Shown: piece by piece, positions 13,028-24,500 of the stretch
How the letters are laid out: each line of letters starts with the position of its first letter
Position numbering within the stretch: position 1 is the first letter of the stretch
Assembly: GCF_001194135.2 (NCBI RefSeq)
Contig: NC_068982.1
Span: 158,155,713-158,194,380, forward strand
Reading direction: 5' to 3'
Source: Octopus bimaculoides
Lineage: Eukaryota
DNA: 38,668 nucleotides
Translations under genes and position numbers: made by a program
Notes under the pieces: model-generated
What the model was told of the DNA's origin: nothing
Databases searched by the model: none
Seen by the model: only the letters and a program-made list of their open reading frames with translations

Positions 13028-13858
13028 CTAGACACAAAGAAGTCTTCATAAATAGTGAAGAAACACATTTAGACGAATTATTCTATACCAGGATAATTAC
13101 TGGTACTTATTTTATCTTTCACAGGAGAATGAAATACTAAGTGCAACGGGACACGTCGTTTATGTAGTCGCAGGAATACTATGTAAATTTAATATTGTCA
13201 AGCATCTCGACTAGATATCTTCAGTATTGCGGTTTTTCGTCCTCGCCATATAATATTGGCATTAAATATCTGAGGAAGTCGCCAGGTTTATTGATTTACA
13301 GAATAACAAATGTGTCTTTTCCTGCTCACGCTAACATAGTATCAATGTACATACACTTCTGCCAATGTATCTACCGTGAGTGTGTGTGTGTGTGTGGGCA
13401 CGTTTGTTTGTGTGCGTATGTATGTGAATTTATCTACCTATGTATACATACATTTATACATACATACCTTCGTATATATGTATGTATACATATGGGCATT
13501 TATGTTTGCATATATGTGAAAGTGTATATCTGCATGTATATANNNNNNNNNNNNNNNNNNNNNNNNNNNNNNNNNNNNNNNNNNNNNNNNNNNNNNNNNN
13601 NNNNNNNNNNNNNNNNNNNNNNNNNNNNNNNNNNNNNNNNNNNNNNNNNNNNNNNNNNNNNNNNNNNNNNNNNNNNNNNNNNNNNNNNNNNNNNNNNNNN
13701 NNNNNNNNNNNNNNNNNNNNNNNNNNNNNNNNNNNNNNNNNNNNNNNNNNNNNNNNNNNNNNNNNNNNNNNNNNNNNNNNNNNNNNNNNNNNNNNNNNNN
13801 NNNNNNNNNNNNNNNNNNNNNNNNNNNNNNNNNNNNNNNNNNNNNNNNNNNNNNNNNN

Positions 13859-13900
<42 letters not shown>

Positions 13901-14068
13901 TATATATATATATTTATATATATATATTTATATATATATATATATATATTTATGTATATATATATTTATGTATGTATGTATGTATAACATATTTGCATAA
14001 AGCAGGATATCAAGATGTCAGAGATAAGAAGTATAAAGAATCATTTAGTAATTGAATTGAAAACCTAC

Positions 14069-14334
14069 TTTATCTTCTTCAGCATTTTTCTTTGCTTTCC
14101 AAACGAACTCCATCAAGGCAGCGATCAGGCCGGTGGCCAATCCGCCGCCGAGCACGACAAATACGCCCCCGACGGTGGAAACGCCCAATTCACTTGCATC
14201 TTTGTTAGAATCTTCATTTGGACATTCCACCGCTCCATAACCTTCACGCCACCATTTGTTGTATAGTAGAGTTATTACTTGTTCCTCTTGCAGTTTTAAG
14301 ATGGCATCTGAGATGAGGTCCCGGTATGGAGACT
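14069..14334 (-). CDS. GRIK-like: Kainate-type iGluR exon encoding the end of S2, pre-M4, the M4 helix and the proximal C-tail
   Basis: Acceptor gctaac...ttccttatttcattatattag|AG takes the phase-1 G from the upstream exon (GAG = E). It then reads SPYRDLISDAILKLQEEQVITLLYNKWWREGYGAVECPNEDSNKDASELGVSTVGGVFVVLGGGLATGLIAALMEFVWKAKKNAEEDK (2+264 nt), with donor AAA|gtaggt (phase 0). SPYRD...LQE...KWW...C and the GGVFVVL...EF M4 helix match kainate receptors. Confidence 0.96.
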
Positions 14335-14374
14335 CTAATATAATGAAATAAGGAAATATTAACGTTAGCGATGC

Positions 14375-14375
14375 G

Positions 14376-14411
<36 letters not shown>

Positions 14412-14436
14412 GTAATAATAACAACATAACAACAAT
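14375..14436. repeat. (AAT)n/(AAC)n microsatellite about 40 nt upstream of the M4-exon acceptor
   Basis: Seen directly; reads (TTA)n/(TTG)n on the sense strand. Confidence 0.9.
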
Positions 14437-17049
14437 AAAAATAAGGCTAATTCGCGAGAAGGACAGCATCCCTAACAATTCAGACAAGGACAGAAAGGAT
14501 TTATTTACATAAACACGTGTAAACAATACAAAAATAGCAATGGAAAAGAAAATTACAACAAAGTTCCCCAATAGAGCTGTCCAAGGAAACCCCAAAATAG
14601 CGAGTCACCCTATTCACCAGGCAAGCGCTTATTCCTGCCCTGTACTTTTCAACCAAATAAATCTATGCTTTGAGTAGATTTATTTACCCATGCCATTCTT
14701 GCTACACTCACCTACCTTTAAATATTTTACTGATGGAAAGTATCCCACACTTTCTTTTCCAAGTGGAACTTAAAAAAGAAGGTTTTTCTTTTCAATCATT
14801 TCAACTGCGTCCACTACACAACTTTTTTCCAACCAAAGGAAGGCGATGTTCTCAAGGGAGCTGGCCGATAATTGTTTTTTCTCTATAAATGGTAGTAGCT
14901 CTTTGACATAACCTCACAAGTCAACAATGCTCGGACAGGCATGACTGATTGCACTATCATGTCTGTAAATATGATTGAGGACCACCTATACATTCTCAAC
15001 CACGGTAGCCCTTCTAGGCCAAGTATTTCTGGAAATTATCCATAAGCCTCAGCGTAAATTGCTCCAGAAAAGACTCAGATGATTTTCAACGAAGCCCAGA
15101 TTTTCTCTATGGTCGCTCTTACCCACCACTAATCCTCTATAGAACACAACGTTGAAACAACCACCAACCGCATTACCCGACTGAAAGAAGTTTATGAGTG
15201 CCTGACTCCATGTGCTAGGAGCCATATCCTGGTTTATGAATGCAATTCCCACAAAGTGCCGCAGAAAAGCTCGCCTGACGAAGGCAACTACACTTGCCAA
15301 CCACCATGCAAAGACTGAATGTGTCATAGCCTCAACGTATATCAGTGCATCTTTAGCCACGGCATGCGCAGTCTTCTACGCAGTAGATGTTGACAGTAAC
15401 AGAACCGTCGGACCACAGACTGCAAAAAAGCAAGCAGTCTATGCTGGTCAGTCGTTGAAAAGCAGGACCCATCTGCTTGGAAGTGAGAACCATGTGCTTG
15501 TTGTGACCTACCAAATCGTGTCTTTGTTGCTATGTTGCATATTTTTCTAAAATTTCTAAAATAGAACTTAAAGAGATTGTGCTCACCCATGTGAAATATA
15601 AACAAGGATTTGCACTTATGATGCTATTAGAAACAATAAGCAGTTTGACTTCCACATATATCATAAGCAATTAAAAGTGAGAGTAGTTGCAGTACACAAT
15701 ATAAAATTTAAATGTTATCGTCTTATCCTTATATAATCGAATTCATTTATTTTACAATTCTAATTTCCATATTTACAATGGAAGTATCTTTAATTTTTCG
15801 TTTTTCAAAATAAATAATGCCTTTTCATGTATCAAATCTATTTGTTTTCTCAATCACAGTTTTTGTCTATTCAAAAAGCTATAGATATGCTATAATTACA
15901 TACAGAACATTCTAAACAATAGATATTTATGTATAATACGTAGTTGAAACACTTTTGATTATAATTAAGCATAGCTGCTCCTGGTTACCATGAAGTGTCA
16001 GTGTTAAATCATTGTCTATGTGAATAAGCTGACAAAAATAAGTTCTAAGTTGAAATCTCGCTCAAGTCGATTTTGTTTTCCAACCAGGCAAGGGTCGACA
16101 AAATCAGATAGAGTCCACTTTTGGGTGACGATATAACCGACTATACTAACCTCTCGAATTTTAGACCTCGTGTTTGTGTTAGAAACTAATATTACACTAT
16201 TTCTCACGGTTTATGTAGCCTGACTGAAGATTTCGAAATTTTGGAGTTATTGTTTGGAAAATTACTTGGTCAATATAACACACTTTCCTGAAAGCTGAAT
16301 ATAAAACAATAATTAGCTTCTTGTTTTAGCTCGTCTGTATGTTCTCAAAGCACACAAACTGAATATAATGATGATGATGAATGACAAATATAGAAATAGA
16401 AGCTAACGTTAAAAGAGAAAATTATAAATATTATCGATTCTTGATTTAGGTTTGGATATCTTAATAGCATACTTGGTAACTACGATGATCAATAACAAAT
16501 GTTTGAGACAACGAGGAACCAGCTACACGGTTCCTCCTGCTAGAAGTAACTACCAATGTCTCTAAGAGCACATCCTCTCCTTTTAATATAAAAGAAGATG
16601 CATTGGATTGATATACGAAAATGTTGAATAATATTGGATGGACCAGTTTGGATTAAAGATTCGTTTAGCTAGATTCTACCCGTGGGTAAGCAGTGTTTCT
16701 AATTTAGACAAAAGACCGGTAGTTTTTAGAGAAGTGGGGTTAAGTCAACACCATGACCTTTTTAGCTATCGGAGGATAGACATATCAATAATGATTGACT
16801 GTAACTTGTATAAAATCACTGAATTGGAAGGCACATGCTACAAAATATGGCTTGCAGAAATCTGGAAGGATATGTATTATTCTTAAAATAGGCTTGATAA
16901 TGTTTGCTGGTGGTGCTCAGTTTACAGGGCCATATTTGTGCACTGTAAACTGTTATGTTCTGTGTGTAACTTCGGGATTCAATAAATATAATTAGAAAAA
17001 ACTTCAATACTAATATATGCACTGATATGAACCAGTAAAAACTTTTCAC

Positions 17050-17800
17050 GATATTGTCTCGCAGTGGTGCTTCACATTATTGCATTAGTTGCTTTAGCAT
17101 CTGTTGTGATTGCTGCTGCTGATGGTGGTACTGTGTTGTAGCCCTAAGATGTACTGGAGGCTTTTCAACTCTTACATTCTGTTCTTGTTGGGAGCAGAAA
17201 GTCTTAACAATTTATTGTTTCCACAACTGAAGTATCGACGTTTTCTGCCTACTTCTACTTTCAGTTGCTGACATTCTGGAGGTCTCTGTTACGTTTAAGA
17301 TTTTGTCTACTATCCCAGGTTTCATCAGAATTAAAATCTCCAACCTCACCGAAACCAAATTATTTCAGTATTTTTCATTTCTAACAGTGTGCGAAAATCT
17401 TCACATTTCACCAATGACTAGAAGTCTTGTTCTCGTGGTATGTGTAAAAGTTGGATCACACACCCACGTCCCAGGTAAATTGGTATTAGTTTGTAATCTT
17501 CAGATTTTTGTTAGTCGATGGAGTGCTCCTGGGTGAACATGCATGATTTTCTCCTGCTACTGGTGCTTTTGCGAGCTTTTCTGTTTGACATGTTATTGCT
17601 GTTACTGCAGCTAGTCCTTGTCGTTGTCATTGATACTGTTGTTGCTACAGAAAGTGACACTTCTAGTTTTATTTACAACTACTTCTTTATTATTGTGTGC
17701 TAGGAGATTACAGGGAAAGATGGTTTCACCTTAAAAAATTCATTTTCACATTCTTCTCTTGCTGATTGGCCGAGAAAGGAGATGATCTTTTGTAATTTTT
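17050..17800 (-). mobile_element. Possible heavily decayed LINE ORF1 (gag-like) remnant
   Basis: Minus-strand frames show coding-like composition, including KLIPIYLGR and LKVEVGRKRRYFSCG.... This resembles the 'V.V.GR...CF.CG' lead-in to a zinc knuckle, but it has many stops and the knuckle residues have decayed. Confidence 0.3.
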
Positions 17801-19560
17801 TGTTTCGCAAAACTTCTTTTCTTTTAAAGTTTTAATTGATAGGGCGAGTAACCAAAATGATTCATCACACCCTTATGTTGCTGGTCAACGAAAAAAAAAA
17901 AAACCGAAATCATCCAAAACAGAATTTCTAGGCAGGAAAACGGGGCACGATCTCATGAAGCTTCCAAAAGAACTATAGTAATAATAATGTTTCTAATTTA
18001 GACATAATAGTCACAACACAAGCAATGATAAGAACAGTTGTTTCAGATTTTGGCATGAGGCCAGAGCAATAGTAATAATAATGATAACAACAACAACAAC
18101 AATAATAATAATAACAATAGAAGCAACATGAATTATAGGATCAAGGGAAAATGAAAAACTTAAAATGAAAGAAATTAGCAAAAAGGAAAAGGGGAAGAAT
18201 TAAACGTTCTCAAAAGATATCGACATTTAAAATAGTGAACTAAAAATAAAATATCACATTTTGATTTAATCAGCTCTATTGATTTTATAATTAAACTTAT
18301 TTTGAGGTTATAAAGCGAAAATTATAACACCGAAAGAAAGTCCATACATAAGTGCTGAAGTTAAGAATCCATCTGACGGCTAGTCGTTCGTGAATGGGTC
18401 AAGTCCTCAGTATGATATATTAGCTAAGAATTGTGTTTAAGGTGTGATTGCAAAATGTCTCTTGCAATTATTTATGATTGGTCTGGAAAGGTTATAGTGT
18501 TATATTTCGTTCTTTGCTTAATTAACATAAAATTCTTTCTCTTTTTTACAGAGGGAGAAAAAAAAACATTGATATTTGGATACATTTTAGAAAAGCTGGT
18601 TTTATATTTGAAATGAATATTTAAAATTTTGTTACATCAACATTTCGCAACCTCTAATTTGCTAGACGTTATACCATCCGTTTCCTTTGTGCATATTGAA
18701 GTATTTAGTTATCATTAGATTCAGTTTTAATTGATTTCTTGATTGCATCGCTTCCAACTATATCTTTCCTGAAAGATTTCAAGTATTGAGATTCCAAGAC
18801 TATTATAATGATATGACTACAGAAATTTCCAAAGAAATGAAGAAAAGCTGTAACATAGTTTTGTATTTCTATGTGAAGCAAGTCATTATAAACTTGTAGT
18901 AATTACAACTTGTACTTGTCTGGTGTTGATCTACAATTATATCTTGCAAACTTATTAATATTGGTAGGACGCAGCTGTTTACAAACATACAGTAACGACC
19001 GGCAGGGTCTAGATTTACATCGGCCATTAAAGTACGAGCAACGTAAGAAGCTCTTGCCTGCGAAGCGACGCCAACATACGATTAAATAACCCCATCTCAT
19101 TACTAAATTGATTCTTTATTTTATCGGCCATTAGAGATGAAGGTATTTTCATTTGTACTGGTCGATTACAACCTCAACCTCACTTAACAACTTAAAAGAT
19201 ATCAAGGACGTAGTAAGTGATGATGGTGGTGGTGGTGGGTGTTTGTCATTCAACGTTGACCATTCTGTTGTTCGATCAACTGAATCCTCTGTTTCAGAAT
19301 AAATATGTAAGTAAATAAACATTCCATCGACACGTGAACCTTTAACGTAATTCTAATGTAAAATCAGCCTGATGGAGTATGTAATAAAGCTGCCCCTTTC
19401 GAATTGCATATACCATCTGCTGGATGAACTTATGTACAGTTTCTGACAACCTAACCTTCGGAAATTGTAGATCGATCCTAGGTTATAGAAAAAAGGTTTT
19501 CTCAAGATGAGACACAATGATATCGAATGAGATACATCATGGTTGCGAAGAATACTTTTT

Positions 19561-19623
19561 AATCATTCGGCACCTGGACTGTGTAATATATATATATATT
19601 AATCATACTGCACCTGGACTGTG

Positions 19624-19654
<31 letters not shown>
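19561..19654. repeat. 40-bp tandem repeat running into a gap
   Basis: The unit aatcat-nnn-gcacctggactgtgtaa(ta)n occurs at 19561 and 19601. Confidence 0.85.
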
Positions 19655-20587
19655 NNNNNNNNNNNNNNNNNNNNNNNNNNNNNNNNNNNNNNNNNNNNNN
19701 NNNNNNNNNNNNNNNNNNNNNNNNNNNNNNNNNNNNNNNNNNNNNNNNNNNNNNNNNNNNNNNNNNNNNNNNNNNNNNNNNNNNNNNNNNNNNNNNNNNN
19801 NNNNNNNNNNNNNNNNNNNNNNNNNNNNNNNNNNNNNNNNNNNNNNNNNNNNNNNNNNNNNNNNNNNNNNNNNNNNNNNNNNNNNNNNNNNNNNNNNNNN
19901 NNNNNNNNNNNNNNNNNNNNNNNNNNNNNNNNNNNNNNNNNNNNNNNNNNNNNNNNNNNNNNNNNNNNNNNNNNNNNNNNNNNNNNNNNNNNNNNNNNNN
20001 NNNNNNNNNNNNNNNNNNNNNNNNNNNNNNNNNNNNNNNNNNNNNNNNNNNNNNNNNNNNNNNNNNNNNNNNNNNNNNNNNNNNNNNNNNNNNNNNNNNN
20101 NNNNNNNNNNNNNNNNNNNNNNNNNNNNNNNNNNNNNNNNNNNNNNNNNNNNNNNNNNNNNNNNNNNNNNNNNNNNNNNNNNNNNNNNNNNNNNNNNNNN
20201 NNNNNNNNNNNNNNNNNNNNNNNNNNNNNNNNNNNNNNNNNNNNNNNNNNNNNNNNNNNNNNNNNNNNNNNNNNNNNNNNNNNNNNNNNNNNNNNNNNNN
20301 NNNNNNNNNNNNNNNNNNNNNNNNNNNNNNNNNNNNNNNNNNNNNNNNNNNNNNNNNNNNNNNNNNNNNNNNNNNNNNNNNNNNNNNNNNNNNNNNNNNN
20401 NNNNNNNNNNNNNNNNNNNNNNNNNNNNNNNNNNNNNNNNNNNNNNNNNNNNNNNNNNNNNNNNNNNNNNNNNNNNNNNNNNNNNNNNNNNNNNNNNNNN
20501 NNNNNNNNNNNNNNNNNNNNNNNNNNNNNNNNNNNNNNNNNNNNNNNNNNNNNNNNNNNNNNNNNNNNNNNNNNNNNNNNNNNNNNN
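19655..20587. other. Largest assembly gap (933 N). Other gaps: 1045-1468, 2472-3004, 8057-8066, 11003-11298, 13543-13858, 26096-26502, 30050-30741, 37603-37760, 38028-38088
   Basis: N runs, most of them flanked by microsatellites, as is typical of short-read scaffolding. Confidence 0.99.
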
Positions 20588-20625
<38 letters not shown>

Positions 20626-20807
20626 TATTTGTGTATGTGTGTGTGCGTACCTAGTAGTTATTATTGCATGAGTTCGATCAGCTTCCGTTTCATAAATTGC
20701 ACTAATAATATTATGGTCGGCAATAAGCTATGGTAAAAGTCACTTCTCCAAACTGAGATCAAAATCGGTACTATTTTAACATCACTACTATATTAAAAAT
20801 GTATTCT

Positions 20808-20920
20808 GCCCCTCTCTCTCTCTTTGTCTTCCTCTCTCTCTCTCTTTGTCTTCCTCTCTCTCTCTCTTTGTCTTCCGCTCTCTCTCTCTCTTTGTCTTCC
20901 CCTCTCTCTCTCTCTCTCTT
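20808..20920. repeat. Compound minisatellite [(CT)n-TTGTCTTC]x4
   Basis: Four ctttgtcttcc units separated by CT runs. Confidence 0.9.
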
Positions 20921-23869
20921 TCATTGAATGCGTTACATTCAGCTTAAGTGAATGGATGCTACACTATTTAAAGGTTTTAACAGAACAAATATAACGAATA
21001 ACAATTATCTGTTTTGTGAGGAGAAAAAGTTTGCTTAAGGGTTAATTAAGGTCAAGAAAGATTCAAGATCAACTAAATTTGCATGCATTATATTTAATTA
21101 TGTATGGAATGGAAACTCAAATTTTTTAACATGTTCAATGAAAAGTTTAGATATATTTCAGTATTGCTGTAGCTCCTCAGTTAGCTGTATGAAAATCATT
21201 TAATTCACACTGGTTCATACACAAAGTTACAGTAAAAAAAGCAACAGATACATTTCGAAATTGCAAGTCTTTAGAACTCTTCATCTCGCATTGGCATGCA
21301 GCTTGGCACACAGTGAACAATAACATCACTTTCTCAATGTATTAATTCAATGCATTAGAATAAAATGATACACAATATAGAGTGACTGTCGAAAATATAA
21401 CAGAATAAGCCAAATTAGACCTCGAATAATGGATTCCTCTCATTTGCTGGCATATCGATGTCTGAGAGAATTTTATACTTTTATCTGTCTTAAGTTTGGT
21501 TTATTCATTGTGAAACATTTTCTTCTATGCAATACAGGAACCTCAATAAAACACAATTATCAATACATCTATTCACAAATAGAAATATCCAATTTTATTC
21601 AAATCTCAAGACCACTTCAAGTTGTTATTTTATCTTCATTTTATATTTTGTATACTTTTCTGTTTTATTTCATATTTATAGACAGTCTACTGACCTGGCT
21701 GGCAGGTTAAAGAAACCTGTAGTACTTCATAGATTGCGTGCATAGATATTGATTGTTTAACTAAATCTAACTTAAGTGGTTCATGGAAATAAAAATATTT
21801 TACAAGAAAAATATATTTCTGGCTCAAAAGTAGATTGAAATGATATTTATCGTGTAATATGTACATGACTCTAGATTGAAAAAGTTTTTTTTTTCGAATT
21901 ATGGGTCATATTCATTCACACTCTTTGTGTACCCTCAGTGATTAAAAAGCCCCTATATCTTTGTAATACAGTTTATCATTTATGTGTGCGCGCCCACACA
22001 TAATTTGTAGGGAGGAGATCAGTGGGTCAGCCGATATGTGCAAACGGTGAATATTCAGACTCGGATAGACTAAGATAAGAACAATGTAAATCAACAGCTA
22101 AATGTGTAAAAGAACAAATGCATGATAAAACGGCAATTTCATAATAATAATAGCTTTCGAAGAGAAAACATGTTGTTGGTTGGTAAGAATTTTATTGCTA
22201 ATTCCGAGGGCAATTCTGAACCTCTCTTTAATAGGAATAATTTGTGTTCTGATAGCGTAGGTGTGAGATTAAGGAATACAAATTCAAATTTTGTTATTTC
22301 GACGTGCCTAGTCCCCCTCTGCTGTCGCAAGTTGGCCTTTGCTCTCTAGTACACTGCTTCTTCACACTCCGGATATTTACAGTATCTGGATGTCTTCTGC
22401 ATACTTTTGTGTATTGGAACATTGTCCTGGGTATGTTGGTTTGTAAAAGCATTCTGCTGCTCAGGGATGTGGCTACAGATTGGCAAGAGTATTTGAGAAC
22501 AACATAGTTTCCTATTTTCATTGAATTAGTCAAACGCTGACCGTTTTTATTTCTCCGTTATGATTGGCCAGCGGCGAAGCTGCCAAATATACAGTGGAAA
22601 ACAGGCATTGTCTCAGCTCTTTTTATTATCATAGGAATTTCAAACATCGTTTGGCACTACCTTAACCAATTCTCCATCTGCTCTTCGTAATTTTATAAAC
22701 TGATATCAATCCAATTTTGCTGAGTTCGTTCTATTTTCGTCTCCTTTTATTTATTCTTGATACTATTCATCAGGGCATCGTCAAAAACCAAGGCTCTTAT
22801 TTTAGTCCTACCAAACCCTCGTTCTGACGGGCATTTGATTCCCAAAATATGGCGTGACTTCGACACATCTGGTCATCCGAGCAGCAAAATAGTTCACAAC
22901 TATAAAGCATGTCAGACTATGTAAGTATTCAAAGTTAATGTCGATAAAGATCTTCTACTTCTTAAAGGACTGGAATTGGACCCGCTCTGAAACTGAAACT
23001 GAGCAGTTTTAAGGAGTTTTTAGTTATCGGATATTCTCTATCCAACTTGTCTTTGTGGAGGATAGTAAAGGTTTTTTTTGTTATGGATCAGTCTCAAAGA
23101 TTGGGTCAGTATGCTACTTTGTCCATGTATCTCCACAATTGTGCCATGTTGCTATATCTTAAAGAGTATTAGATAATGTTTGCCAAGAAGCCCACCCTTC
23201 ATAAACATTCTTAAAGATTTCTTCATCTTGCTTACACAGAACCTGTTAGTTTTACAAATATCTTCAACAATGTTATGACCCTAATCGGAAAGAACTTTGC
23301 ACACATTTTTAATCAAATCCATTTTACGGCTTAGATCTCCACTAAAATCATTTCTATAATTCCATTTATCTACTAATTTTCTATGATTCCAATTATGGAT
23401 TTACATTCTTAATAATTACGTCCTTATCACATAATCTTAATACTTACTCTTCACTTTTCGTTTCGAATTACTTCCTCTTATTAAATTAATTGAACCTTTC
23501 TTTACTTTCTCCCTTCAAATAACATTTCTTCATATTTCATACTAATTAGATATATTAACACCATTTGATTGCTTTTAATTACATATCAATTTCATATCTT
23601 AGACGCTGCTGATTTAAATATATAGATAAAGTATTGATTCTATTTTTCGTAATTCACAAACATATTTCATCACCTTTTCTTCAAAGAAAGAAAGAAAGAA
23701 AGCAAGTTATAAAATCACCGAAACATTGTGACCTTTTCTCTTTGACATTCAGATTGTTCTGGCTTAATTTGACAGTTTGCCTAAAAGGATAATAAAACAC
23801 AATATCCCATCCAGGAATAAAAAGTATCTAAAAAAAAATGTCGACTGGATTATGGAATACGAGATAACA

Positions 23870-24500
23870 TTGTACTCAAAGTACCCGTCCTCACCTAGCT
23901 CGGTTTCAAGACGGTCCCGGGTCCCAGTATATGCGTTTCTCACTGTGTCCTAGGGAAGATATTTTAAAACCTCCTTGATCTTGGCCACCATCTTACACTT
24001 GGTGTTGCAGACAGAGCGGTTGGCGTCTTTCACAACCACGCATAGTTATTCAAGGGATTACAATCGGTGGAATTAGGAGGCAAGAAATTGGAGCTGGTAA
24101 AGTTCTGGAAATGCCTTACAACCACATCTGACTCTTTCCAGATATATGGTAAGGGGCCGAATCCTCCTGCCACACATATGGTCCTTCAGCAGCAACCCTC
24201 TTCTGACAGGATTTCACCATAGTCAACAGCAGCTTCATATAGCCGTCTGAAGTGGGCCTTGGGCCCTGTTCATATATGTGGAGAAGAGTCCAGCAAGCAA
24301 ACGAAGTCAGAACGCCTGCCGTATCCTTTCTTGCTGGCTTCATATTCTCCGTTGCAGTTATCTATGTCACGTCTTACAGCCTTTACATTGTTCACAAGCC
24401 TTGAACATAATCATGATGTCGGCACCTTGATACATTTGGAATCATCATGATACAAGCAACTCTTTTCCAATATTCAGAGAGCTTCTAGCCCTCCACATTA
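23870..24500 (-). mobile_element. Decayed Tc1/mariner-superfamily transposase remnant, DD37D (maT)-type
   Basis: Reads GPYVWQEDSAPYHISGKSQMWL, then after a stop and a 1-nt frameshift FQNFTSSNFLPPNSTDCNPLNNYAW. Correcting the frameshift gives a 37-residue spacer; the third catalytic position is AAT (N), one change from GAT (D). The C-terminus (KIKEV...RNA...) is also recognisable. TIRs were not identified. Confidence 0.75.

Larger units (their letters stand above)
7080..14068 (-). other. Last intron of the iGluR gene (6,989 bp, phase 0)
   Basis: Bounded by gtaggt at 14068 and cacag at 7080 on the minus strand. Confidence 0.88.

Noticed and set aside
14655-14685. Perfect 11-bp AT-rich hairpin (aaataaatcta/tagatttattt) about 320 nt upstream of the M4 exon
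   Set aside because: The stem is low-complexity and A/T-rich, and chance is sufficient.
15960-16900. Short ORFs containing 'RDFN', suggesting an APE endonuclease remnant downstream of the ORF1-like piece
   Set aside because: Only a partial motif is present, and the other APE motifs were not found.
18995-19105. Minus-strand frame SNEMGLFNRMLASLRRQELLTLLVL*W loosely resembles SPYRDLISDAILKLQEEQVITLLYNKWW, raising the idea of a flip/flop-like pseudo-exon
   Set aside because: It has an in-frame stop, no phase-1 acceptor or pyrimidine tract, low nucleotide similarity and no following Cys. Amphipathic-helix chance similarity is sufficient to explain it.
22000-23450. Coding-like minus-strand stretches with faint L1/Tx1 resemblance (RGFG..., QDNV)
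   Set aside because: No diagnostic motif (LDxxKAFD, YADD, GDFN) could be confirmed, so I cannot support a call.
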